64,000 bases of DNA from a virus. Its lineage: Duplodnaviria > Caudoviricetes. Each line of letters begins with the position of its first letter. Within the stretch, counting starts at the first letter, position 1. The stretch is taken from positions 8,563 to 72,562 of IMG/VR virus record IMGVR_UViG_3300028797_000159, one strand, 5' to 3'. Below are positions 48,810 through 58,187 of the stretch, in pieces. Made by a program: the position numbers and the translations under genes. The notes under the pieces were generated by a model. It saw only the letters and a program-made list of their open reading frames with translations, did not search any database and was not told the DNA's origin.

Positions 48810-49222
48810 TAAATAAAATGCGACATATTAAATATGTCGCATTTTAACAGGAGATCTTAACATGGCATACATAGGCAATAGTATGAATAATATAAATGTG
48901 AAGTTTTCCTATAATGAATTTGGATTATTGCTTAACGAAAAGAATTCTTTTATTGGAATCAACTTAATGACGACGAAAAGAATAAATTAATTCAAGATTT
49001 GAAAAAGAATTTGAAAGTATTGGAACTGTTCTGTCAGTAACAGAATTAAACATAGCATTAAGATTTTTGCTTACGCTTAATTTAGGATTTGCTCTCTAAC
49101 CAACCTCTATGTGTCTTATCTTAAATAAGAATTCAATAGTGGATTAAAATTTAGCCTCTAGTCGTGTATATTTTCAATACATTGCTAGAGGTTTTATTTT
49201 ACTTTCATTTCTGGAGTTTAGT

Positions 49223-49912
49223 ATGGGCGTATATGATGATGTAATATCTGAATTTTACGAAGACAAGAAACCTGGATATTGTTATAGATGCATGAGCTAT
49301 TGCTGTATTCATAACAATGAAGAACTAAAAAGAGAAGCAGAAGAAAACGAAAGAAAGTGGCGAGAAGAAATTAAAAAGCGTAATGAAGTGTTTTCGCAGA
49401 AGTGTGCTGAAGATGCGCGTAATGAAGCGACGGGAAAAGAAATTGTAAGAAGTGTTCTAGATTTCTACAATGTAAAGCGAGATAAAGATTGGCCAACAAA
49501 AGTAATATGTGATAACAATGACACTTTCTACATATCTTACTTGTTTGGGTTAGATAATGAACGTGATTTTTATATTTCAGTTGGCTCAGGTAAAATATCA
49601 GCAGATGATCTAGTAAAGAAATTAAAACAGCGAATTGGTGATTTTAATATGAAACATAATAGCAAACTTACTAAATTCAACGACATGTTTGCAAAGACTG
49701 TAAGCATCGTAAATAATGCAGCTGATGTAAACAAAGAGCGTCACATGTTAGAAGACTTGCTTGAGTTTAATAGAACAATGAAAAAGATTGAAAGCGATAG
49801 CGAGTATAACAAATGCGTTGCTGACATGTATGAATTATGGGAAGCATTTTTAGCAGCTTATGACAAATGTAATACAGCATTAAAAACCGCGCTTAACAAA
49901 TCAAGGTCTTGA
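49223..49912 (+). CDS. hypothetical coiled-coil protein
   Basis: GGAG RBS. Confidence 0.7.
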   Translation: MGVYDDVISEFYEDKKPGYCYRCMSYCCIHNNEELKREAEENERKWREEIKKRNEVFSQKCAEDARNEATGKEIVRSVLDFYNVKRDKDWPTKVICDNNDTFYISYLFGLDNERDFYISVGSGKISADDLVKKLKQRIGDFNMKHNSKLTKFNDMFAKTVSIVNNAADVNKERHMLEDLLEFNRTMKKIESDSEYNKCVADMYELWEAFLAAYDKCNTALKTALNKSRS

Positions 49913-49963
49913 TATGAATAAAATATCTTTGGCTCGTCTGTGCAAGGAGGGTAAGTAATAATT

Positions 49964-50731
49964 ATGAATCTAGGTGACCGCATGAAACAATATGAGTCAG
50001 TTAGTAAAACAGGTCTTATTCATAGAATGCCTGTTATTATTAGATTAGACGGCTGCCATTTTCATACATTCACTAAAGGATTTGAAAAGCCATTTGATGA
50101 AATTTTAATGTCTTCAATGATGAAGACAATGAAATGTTTGTGCTCAAATATTCAAGGCTGTGTGTTTGGATATACTGAGTCTGATGAAATTTCATTGGTC
50201 CTTATTGATTATAAGAAGCTTAATTCATCAGCGTGGTATGATAATGAAGTTCAGAAAATATGCTCAGTTGCAGCTTCGCTATGTACTTTAGCATTTAACC
50301 GTATATTTAGAGCAGAAGTTCATAGCCATGTTCCTGAGTATTTTAACGATAAAGAAAAAGGAAAGTGCCTATCAGCATATAACAAAGCATTAGAGTGTGG
50401 CGCGACATTTGACTGTAGAGCCTTCAATCTCCCTAAAGAAGAGGTATGTAATTATTTCATTTGGAGACAGCAGGACGCTACAAGAAACTCTATACAATCA
50501 TTAGCGCAGTCTAAATTTTCGCATAAAGAGCTTCAAGGTTTATCATGTGATAAATTGCAGGACAAACTATTTAATGAATGTGGAATTAATTGGAATGATT
50601 TAGAAACTTTCAAAAAGCGTGGCACATCTTGTTTTAATACAGGTAGTGATTGGACTGTTGATTTGAATATGCCAATTCTAACTCAAGATAGAGATTACAT
50701 TAATAAACACATATTTATTGAGTGCGAATAA
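49964..50731 (+). CDS. Thg1-like tRNA-His guanylyltransferase / 3'-5' polymerase
   Basis: RMKQYE, IIRLDG..FH.FT, YTESDEIS, FDCR, WRQQDATRNS. Confidence 0.92.
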   Translation: MNLGDRMKQYESVSKTGLIHRMPVIIRLDGCHFHTFTKGFEKPFDEILMSSMMKTMKCLCSNIQGCVFGYTESDEISLVLIDYKKLNSSAWYDNEVQKICSVAASLCTLAFNRIFRAEVHSHVPEYFNDKEKGKCLSAYNKALECGATFDCRAFNLPKEEVCNYFIWRQQDATRNSIQSLAQSKFSHKELQGLSCDKLQDKLFNECGINWNDLETFKKRGTSCFNTGSDWTVDLNMPILTQDRDYINKHIFIECE

Positions 50732-50738
50732 TATTAAA

Positions 50739-50762
50739 TCCCATATAGTTAACTATATGGGA
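50739..50762. terminator. perfect 24 bp palindrome (copy 2 of 3)
   Basis: identical to 41431. Confidence 0.8.
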
Positions 50763-50768
50763 TTTTTA

Positions 50769-50889
50769 TTTTGTATCAGATAATGAATCGAAAATCCCTG
50801 ATACAAAATGATGAATTTTTTCTATTTACAAACCACTTGACTTGTAGTATAATATACTTACAAAATAAATGGGAATGGGTCTCATTCAG
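50769..50889 (+). promoter_or_regulatory. repeated promoter element copy 20
   Basis: same architecture. Confidence 0.85.
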
Positions 50890-50906
50890 TGACTAGGAGA
50901 TATGTT

Positions 50907-51359
50907 ATGCTTAATATTTATTTTGGTGATATTCCTGAGTCCTTAAAAGATAAATACATTTTTGACACTAAAACTTATTTTAATAATACTTATATGGATG
51001 AATAGATTATTGAACAAACATCAAAAGAAATTATTAAAGCTATTGATAAATCAGATGTTATTGATTCACGTGCTATAAAAAGTTCTGTATTTGGAATTAT
51101 AGACCCTAAAAAATTATCTACTGGAACAAAGACAGTATTGCTTATTATGCATGATAATAGCAAAATATTTAATGCATCTATGTGTGGTGATAATTGTGCA
51201 AAATGGATATTAGAATTTGCAAGTCATAATGGTGTTACTATTAGTCTTCATCATTTAATGGACTTTGGTAAAGGCGAATTTAAAATTAACATTTTAAATG
51301 TTAATAAAATTGTAACAAATATGGGCGACCTTGTTTGGGAAGCTGGTGAGTTTGTATAA
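50907..51359 (+). pseudogene. DUF4869-like gene with internal TAG (51003-51005)
   Basis: MLNIYFG...YMDE*IIE...IDKSDVID...LSTGTKT...FNASMCGDNCAKWIL all in one frame. Confidence 0.7.
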
Positions 51360-51484
51360 TAAAGCTATCATGTTAAGCAATATATTGCTTAACATGATTA
51401 ATTTAAAATTATTAGTTGTTAAGATAAAATAAATATTATTGAATAGAATTTACACATCATATTTATATAATCATAATAGTTATT

Positions 51485-51922
51485 ATGACAAGGATTAATT
51501 TATCTATACCAGTTAATAATTTAACTGATGAACATCTTTTAGCGGAACATCGTGAAATTAAACGTTTACCTTCCTGTTTACAAAAAGCAATATTATCTGG
51601 TAGTATAAATAATATTCCTAGTAAATTTTGTTTAGGTAAAGGACATGTTTTATTTTTCTTAAATAAAATGTCATTTGTCTTTAACAGATATAAAGAAATT
51701 CATAATGAATGTTTAAATAGACATTTTAATGTAAGTGATTATTCATCTAATTTTCTAAATATAGATGTATGCTATAATAATGATTATATTCCTAATTCTG
51801 ATGATAAACAATTATTGCAACAACGTATAATTGACAGAGTACTTAATGGTAAATGTAATAATTATCATTATTATGGTAAATCTATAACAAAAGAACAAGC
51901 ATGCAGTTTATTATTTAAATAA
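51485..51922 (+). CDS. denV: pyrimidine dimer DNA glycosylase (T4 endonuclease V)
   Basis: MTRINL, LTDEHLLAEHREIKR, FCLGKGHVLFF. Confidence 0.92.
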   Translation: MTRINLSIPVNNLTDEHLLAEHREIKRLPSCLQKAILSGSINNIPSKFCLGKGHVLFFLNKMSFVFNRYKEIHNECLNRHFNVSDYSSNFLNIDVCYNNDYIPNSDDKQLLQQRIIDRVLNGKCNNYHYYGKSITKEQACSLLFK

Positions 51923-51992
51923 TGTTATATTTCAATGTATATAATAATTATTTATTAGTATCAAATATTTATTTTACATTTATAGGTTTATT

Positions 51993-52403
51993 ATGCATCA
52001 AAATTATTATGAATTATCAAATGGTAAACAGGCTGTAGACTACATTTATTTAGGTTGTCTTGGGTTTTCATATGGGAATGCTTTTAAGTATCTTGTACGT
52101 GCATCAAGAAAACCAGGAAATTCAGCAGAATCTGATTTAAATAAAGCACTTACGTATATTACATCGTCAGACAGGGAATACTCATTTATTATTAGACTGT
52201 TATTACGAATCCGTAATTGGTTTGTATTTAATCATGCATATTCGTTTAATGAACATCATATTAAGCATATTTTAAAAGCTATTATCAATTTTGAAAAACC
52301 TACTAAAATAGCAACTATGATTGTTAAATATATGCAAGATAGGGGAATTATAGTAAATGATGAATTCAAACAATACGCACCCAGCACCAAAAATATTCCC
52401 TAA
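51993..52403 (+). CDS. DUF3310-like protein
   Basis: YYE....AVDYI..GF..GNAFKYL.RA..K...DL.KA. Confidence 0.75.
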   Translation: MHQNYYELSNGKQAVDYIYLGCLGFSYGNAFKYLVRASRKPGNSAESDLNKALTYITSSDREYSFIIRLLLRIRNWFVFNHAYSFNEHHIKHILKAIINFEKPTKIATMIVKYMQDRGIIVNDEFKQYAPSTKNIP

Positions 52404-52923
52404 GTTATTTATAGGAAGTGCTGCAAAAGCGTTTACACAGTTTATAAAACGCAATAGTTTTGAATATACAATTAATTATATTCAATCACGTGAAGATTTA
52501 ATTTCTTTAATAGACACATATAGCCAGTATAAAAATTATAATTTACCAATTATAATTAGTGACATTTCATATTTAAGTCATGCTGATCAATCTTTACTTT
52601 TGAAATTCATGGAAGATACTAATTTAAAAATTATTTTACTCGCAAGTCGAGATAATATATTAAATACAATAATTTCAAGGGTAAAGGAATTTAGAAAATA
52701 TTATGCCGATTTTCGTGACATTAATTTTATGTCTATTTCAAAAGCGCGTGAAGAATGTAAGAATGTATTAAATACATTAGATGCTGATTCTTCTATTGAA
52801 GATAAACTTATTGTATATAATAAATTTAACCCAGTATTAGGATATATGAATTCATTAGTTAGTAAAAGATCATTTAATGATAGGGAAAAATTATTAAACT
52901 TGTTGGAATTTAATAATGAATGA
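52357..52923 (+). CDS. degenerate AAA+ clamp-loader-like subunit
   Basis: IIISD...ADQSLLLKFMED..IILLA..IL.TI.SRV resembles delta-prime/RFC. Confidence 0.55.
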   Translation: MMNSNNTHPAPKIFPKLFIGSAAKAFTQFIKRNSFEYTINYIQSREDLISLIDTYSQYKNYNLPIIISDISYLSHADQSLLLKFMEDTNLKIILLASRDNILNTIISRVKEFRKYYADFRDINFMSISKAREECKNVLNTLDADSSIEDKLIVYNKFNPVLGYMNSLVSKRSFNDREKLLNLLEFNNE

Positions 52924-53620
52924 TAAATTATTATTAAAGAAAAGCGTAAATATTTCTAATATTGAATTTTTACAATTTTTACATCCTAATTTTGATCTTG
53001 TTAAAGACATTAATGAATATGATAATCCATTTCCTAATGGCATTATTTATGTTGGTCCTAGTATAAATAATTTGCATGATAAATTAAATTCATTTACACC
53101 AAACTGGATTATTGTTAATAATCATATATTTGATGTTGATTTATCAACCAATGATGGTTTATTAAAAAATATACTACCTTTACAATATGCAAAACTAAAT
53201 AAATTGTCAAAGGATAATAATCCAGCGTATAAACGTATTGCTTATGATCTTTTAATTGAGAAGATTAAAATTTGTTTAATTGATGGGTCCCAACTCACAT
53301 TTTGTGAAGATGAACGACAGTCAATGTTTAATTTATTTAAAGCAATATTATTACCACCAAGTAACTTTGAATCAGTCTTTTTTACAACTGTTAATAAAGA
53401 TAATATAAATATTGCAACATCTTCAATGTTAACATATTTAAATAATGTACAATATAAAATTTTACCAAAAGATAATATATACTATGCTAATCTGATTTTA
53501 GAATCAAATAGACGATATGGTAAACATATAAAATCAGGTATACGTAAATATGTTACTTCAAAAGCAAATAGTGAAATAGCTTTGTTTCAGTTACTTTCTT
53601 ATTTAAATAGGACAAGATAA
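52916..53620 (+). CDS. hypothetical protein (replication operon)
   Basis: coupled ORF. Confidence 0.7.
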   Translation: MNDKLLLKKSVNISNIEFLQFLHPNFDLVKDINEYDNPFPNGIIYVGPSINNLHDKLNSFTPNWIIVNNHIFDVDLSTNDGLLKNILPLQYAKLNKLSKDNNPAYKRIAYDLLIEKIKICLIDGSQLTFCEDERQSMFNLFKAILLPPSNFESVFFTTVNKDNINIATSSMLTYLNNVQYKILPKDNIYYANLILESNRRYGKHIKSGIRKYVTSKANSEIALFQLLSYLNRTR

Positions 53621-54063
53621 TGGCTACACAATCAGGACAAAGTCAACTACCTAAATTATATAATTATATTAAATCATTAATTGAATCAATGGAAGTTATA
53701 CCTACAGCTGAATCACTGCCATCGTATGCACAATTAAAAGAATCACCAAATAAATTCTTTGAATTATTTTCTGAAGCTGTATATAAATATAATGTTATTT
53801 GTGATACACTACAAAAGCTTCAACATGCAAATGCAATGATAGTTAAAATATTAAATGATCTTATGTCACCTGATTGTAGGGAATCATTTAATGTTAAAAA
53901 TTTATATTTGAAAAATTTTCAACAAGTTAAATCTGAATGTGTTGCACTTATTGCATGTTATGAAACTGCAAAATCTTCATCTGAAACAATTGTAAAATTC
54001 TTCAATTCAGCACAATACACAATTACATCTGGAAAATTTGACAGTACTTCAGCTAATTATTAA
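53620..54063 (+). CDS. hypothetical helical protein
   Basis: coupled ORF. Confidence 0.7.
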   Translation: MATQSGQSQLPKLYNYIKSLIESMEVIPTAESLPSYAQLKESPNKFFELFSEAVYKYNVICDTLQKLQHANAMIVKILNDLMSPDCRESFNVKNLYLKNFQQVKSECVALIACYETAKSSSETIVKFFNSAQYTITSGKFDSTSANY

Positions 54064-54075
54064 TAGGTTACTATT

Positions 54076-54324
54076 ATGCATTGGAATATATTAAAAAATG
54101 TGCTTCCACAAAATGGACAATCTTGTATTGTGAAAAGATTTAAAAATAATTCTTTACATTATGCAATTTGTACATTTATGCATTTTGGTACAGAATATAT
54201 TTGGATTACATCAAAACATTCAAAGATAACTTGTGATTTTAGTGATAAATGGTATGCTGTTGATAGCATGATTGATAATATTGAACAACGATTAGCTGCT
54301 GAAATTCAATCAGCTTTTGATTGA
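54076..54324 (+). CDS. hypothetical protein
   Basis: ORF in operon. Confidence 0.65.
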   Translation: MHWNILKNVLPQNGQSCIVKRFKNNSLHYAICTFMHFGTEYIWITSKHSKITCDFSDKWYAVDSMIDNIEQRLAAEIQSAFD

Positions 54325-54432
54325 AAATATCTAATTATAGTTAATAATTAATAGTTATTAATGTATATTATATTTATCGACCAGGATCACGTATCCATTG
54401 TCTAACAACTAAATTTATAAAGGAAAAAAATT

Positions 54433-55137
54433 ATGGCAAATGAACTCGACGTTATGAACACTAATTCTGCACTTGCTACTGGTAAACCTTCATTCTCACT
54501 TAAATCGTTGAACCTTGCTGCAAAATGTCCAGCAGTTGTTGTTGCATCAACAGGTGCAAAGCTTTCAAAATATGCATTTCCAAAAATTAAATTTGAAGAA
54601 GGTCGACGTTGCAGACTATCAATTTTAACTGAAGATGTTATTATGATTCGTCTTCATTATCATCCTGAAATTGGTAGCATTATTTGTGATGGAACAGCAT
54701 GTTGTAAATACTGTGATAAAGTAAGTATTAAATATTGCTATCCTTGTGTTGTGTATGAAACTGATAATGCAGGGCGCCCAACGTCAACAAAAGTAGAAAT
54801 TAAGCTACTAACACTTGGTGGTGAAATGTATGATCAGATTTCACTACTTTCAGAGATTGGCGGATCAATCACAAATATGGATCTTCTGTTCTCATGTACG
54901 TCTACGCAATATCAAAAATGCCAGGTAACTCAAGCGGGACCTGCACAGTGGATGAATAATCCTGATATTGTAAAATATGTAACTGATTATATGTCAACAA
55001 ACAGTGAAAAGATTTTAGACTCACTTGGTAAGACCTATACAGCTGAAGAATTCAATGCTAAGCTGGGTGATCCAAATGCTTCTACTGAACAGCATTGTAT
55101 ATCAGCAGCAGACCTTGCGTCAGTATATAATGTATAA
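54433..55137 (+). CDS. putative single-stranded DNA-binding protein (gp32-like, Cys cluster)
   Basis: RLHY..C....CC..C...Y..P.V.Y.TD..G..; QYQK; AAGGA RBS. Confidence 0.55.
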   Translation: MANELDVMNTNSALATGKPSFSLKSLNLAAKCPAVVVASTGAKLSKYAFPKIKFEEGRRCRLSILTEDVIMIRLHYHPEIGSIICDGTACCKYCDKVSIKYCYPCVVYETDNAGRPTSTKVEIKLLTLGGEMYDQISLLSEIGGSITNMDLLFSCTSTQYQKCQVTQAGPAQWMNNPDIVKYVTDYMSTNSEKILDSLGKTYTAEEFNAKLGDPNASTEQHCISAADLASVYNV

Positions 55138-55235
55138 TTAAATTAATGGGAATGAATTAATTCATTCCCATTTTTTGTATATGCTTATGAATAAGTTAAA
55201 ATCTTTAAAAGAAATAATATATTAATACATTTACT

Positions 55236-56213
55236 ATGGCAAAACATTATTATAAAAATCCAAAACATCAAGAAAAAGCAGCATCAAAAATTTTTGATGC
55301 TGAGTCTACAGATTTATCATATATTTCAAATGATAAACATTTGCTGTATAGACATGTGATATTTATTAATAAATGCAGATATCATACATGTATTAATTAT
55401 AAACGATTTACTGTACCTGAAGGTAGATTAGCTGGCCAACATTCTAAAATCTTCCGTGGCTTTCGAGAATATTATCCAACAATATATGCCTTGTGGATGC
55501 ATATACTTAGATGTTGCTTAGATAAAACATATTTATTTTATCCTTATTTTGGTGCAAAAGGAATATATCCAGGTGCTGATTTTTTAGATTCACGTAGATT
55601 TACTATTTGGTGTTTACGCAATGGATTTATAGGTAAACCATTTACATATACGATGTATTTACAACGTAAAAACAAATCAAAAGGATATACTTTAAGTAAC
55701 TGTTATTTTATAACTGAAAAAGAAGCACATGCACCAAGTAAATTGCCTAATGTTATTAATAGTATTAGACTAATAAAAACATATGAAGAAGAACATGATA
55801 AATCTGTTTCATATATGACATTTTATACAAGATACTACATGTATGATATGAGTGAAACTGATGCTAGAATGGTTGAATATCCAAAAATACCTGGATTTAG
55901 TCCAGCAACATTTTATGACAGTGTTGCTGATGAAACATCATGCTCACGTACTACATTTTTAAGTAGAATGCATTATTCATATTTAAATGGTGGCCATAAA
56001 GTACACCCGTATGATTTATTAAAACCTGAATATTCTGTTAATGCTAACTGTAATAATCAGGGTAAGCTTTCATATAAGCAACAATATGACCGTGATAAAA
56101 AAGAAAATAAAGATAAATATAATCCTTATGTAAATCCAAATAATTTTATCACAGATGATAATGAAACATCATCTGTATATAGTGAAAATAATGATTTAAA
56201 TATTTATAACTAA
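55236..56213 (+). CDS. protein with degenerate HNH endonuclease domain
   Basis: IY..W..I.RCC..Y.YFGAKGI..F..W...GF..QRKN..GY..SNC.FIT. Confidence 0.55.
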   Translation: MAKHYYKNPKHQEKAASKIFDAESTDLSYISNDKHLLYRHVIFINKCRYHTCINYKRFTVPEGRLAGQHSKIFRGFREYYPTIYALWMHILRCCLDKTYLFYPYFGAKGIYPGADFLDSRRFTIWCLRNGFIGKPFTYTMYLQRKNKSKGYTLSNCYFITEKEAHAPSKLPNVINSIRLIKTYEEEHDKSVSYMTFYTRYYMYDMSETDARMVEYPKIPGFSPATFYDSVADETSCSRTTFLSRMHYSYLNGGHKVHPYDLLKPEYSVNANCNNQGKLSYKQQYDRDKKENKDKYNPYVNPNNFITDDNETSSVYSENNDLNIYN

Positions 56214-56226
56214 ATGAGATAATGAA

Positions 56227-56721
56227 ATGAAATTTACTACATTTATAAAAGCATATAAATTAGTTTTATCTGATATTGAAAAGAAAGTTAGAGATTGGAA
56301 TCGTGTATTTATTACTAAAGTATCATTTGATGATGAAAAATTAAAAATGGTATTTGCTAATAATAAAGATATGGCACCAGGAACAATAGCAATGCAAACT
56401 GCCGTAAATTATTTGGCTATTGAAAACTGTATTGCAAATGCATTATTAGATAAACTATCAATATCAGATGCTTATGCCGATGTTGTTGATGAAATAAATG
56501 ATGTTGGAAAATTTTTATCAATTATAGATTTTGTTTTATCACAATTAGTTAATATGGTTAAAGATGTTGACAATGACGTACAATTATTAGACTTATATGC
56601 AGATACTGATAATAATCTTGTGATTATTGATTTAGTATTAACTGAAGATAATGAAACATTTAAAATGACGTTACGGACTGATGGTAAAATAACAATGTTT
56701 AGTGAATATTCAGAGGATTAA
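56227..56721 (+). CDS. hypothetical protein
   Basis: ORF in operon. Confidence 0.7.
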   Translation: MKFTTFIKAYKLVLSDIEKKVRDWNRVFITKVSFDDEKLKMVFANNKDMAPGTIAMQTAVNYLAIENCIANALLDKLSISDAYADVVDEINDVGKFLSIIDFVLSQLVNMVKDVDNDVQLLDLYADTDNNLVIIDLVLTEDNETFKMTLRTDGKITMFSEYSED

Positions 56722-56723
56722 AT

Positions 56724-56903
56724 ATGTCAAGATATATTATTGCACTAGACTGTTCATTTACAAGAACAGGAATTGCGATACTCGATACTACTGAAAAGAA
56801 GCTTTATTTTGAAACAGCATCAGAAAAGATTGGTGAAAAACAATTTGAAAATGTATTTCATGCTGCAAAATCAATTGTAAATCAATTAAAAATTTACATA
56901 TAA
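56724..56903 (+). pseudogene. truncated 5' end of a second RuvC-like resolvase allele (59 aa)
   Basis: MSRYIIALDCSFTRTG...KIGEKQFENVFHAAKSI closely matches N-terminus of 58168..58812. Confidence 0.9.
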
Positions 56904-56982
56904 AATAAAATAAATTTTCAAACCTTTATATCTATATTAATATAATTAAAGTTTATTACTTATAAATATGGAGGTTTGAATC

Positions 56983-57177
56983 ATGCCTAGTCCTTCATGG
57001 CAAAAAGAAAGAATTAATGTGAATGTTACAAAGTCCTTTAAGGATGAGATGCAAAAAGTCGTTGATCTTTATCGTGAAAGACAAGACCGTAATATTCCAG
57101 TGGGAAAAATAGTTGAATCTTTGATTCATGGTGATGAATATGTTACTTCTCTTTATAATGAGATTAAGGAGAAGTGA
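56983..57177 (+). CDS. small putative DNA-binding protein (ribbon-helix-helix-like)
   Basis: ERINVNVTKSFKDEMQKVV..IVESLI; GGAGG RBS. Confidence 0.55.
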   Translation: MPSPSWQKERINVNVTKSFKDEMQKVVDLYRERQDRNIPVGKIVESLIHGDEYVTSLYNEIKEK

Positions 57178-58187
57178 TTATGAATATTAAAGAATGGCAA
57201 ACTGCTTGTAAAGAGAATTGGTTTTCTGTAGATCATAAATATGATATTGCGTCTAGAGAAATTCAAAAATCATTAAAATACAATTCTAATCCTAATGCTA
57301 TTATTCGTCATCATCTTCGTGATACAGAAGAGCAAAGAAAATATAATGATGAACATTATGAATTATGGGGATTTGAAATTGATGAAAATGGTAATGAATA
57401 TTTTGAATATGGAAAATATATTATTTTTATGACTCAAGAAGAACATTTAGCGATACATGCAGTGTCAGAAGAAACAAGATTAAAGTTAAGTAATAGCCTT
57501 CATCTGTTTTACGCGACAGATGAGGGTAAATTAAGTGCAAAATTACGTATGACAGATGCAGTAAAATCAAAAATAAGTGCCTCAGTAAAAGCTACCATGA
57601 CAGAAGAGCACAGGTGCCTGCTTAGTGATATAGCAAAGGAAAATATGACTGACGAACGCAAGGAGTTAATACGCCAAGCTACTAAAGATGCAATGAACGA
57701 TACAGAAATAAGAAAGAAAATTAGCAATAGTAAACTTGGTAAACCACTATCTGAAGAACATAAGAAGGCTATTTCTGAAGGCAGTAAAGGACGTGTAGTT
57801 TCTAAAGAGACTAGAGAAAAGATAAGCAAAATTCATAAAGGTAAGACTGTATCTGATGAAACTAGGCAGAAGTTAAGAGATGCGAATAAAAAGGTATGGG
57901 AGAATGACGACTATAAAAAGTATCAAAGTGATATTCACAAAGGAAAGACACCGTGGAATAAAGGTGTTCCAATGACTGAAGAGCAGAAAGAAAAGTTAAG
58001 CGCTGCTAAAAAAGGAAAGCCAAATCCTTTTAACGACGAGCATAAAAAGAAAATTATTGATTCAATAAACAAAAGAACTGCAGCATATAGGGCATACAAA
58101 GAATTACATAAAGACTCTGATATTAAATACAATGAATTTTGTAAAGTGATATGGCCGGAGTTAAAAAATGAAAGCTCAGAAGATTGA
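57174..58187 (+). CDS. HNH-like homing endonuclease with NUMOD3 repeats
   Basis: shared N-terminal domain; GKPLSEEHKKAIS, PWNKG repeats. Confidence 0.85.
   Translation: MIMNIKEWQTACKENWFSVDHKYDIASREIQKSLKYNSNPNAIIRHHLRDTEEQRKYNDEHYELWGFEIDENGNEYFEYGKYIIFMTQEEHLAIHAVSEETRLKLSNSLHLFYATDEGKLSAKLRMTDAVKSKISASVKATMTEEHRCLLSDIAKENMTDERKELIRQATKDAMNDTEIRKKISNSKLGKPLSEEHKKAISEGSKGRVVSKETREKISKIHKGKTVSDETRQKLRDANKKVWENDDYKKYQSDIHKGKTPWNKGVPMTEEQKEKLSAAKKGKPNPFNDEHKKKIIDSINKRTAAYRAYKELHKDSDIKYNEFCKVIWPELKNESSED

Noticed and set aside
48861-49039. small possibly frameshifted ORF after the rtcB remnant
   Set aside because: two short frames with no recognisable homology; cannot be distinguished from noise
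34573-58187. group I introns or inteins around the HNH genes at ligase, rtcB and ruvC
   Set aside because: no P/Q/R/S core in the flanks, two HNH genes are antisense, and each host gene is already complete on one side
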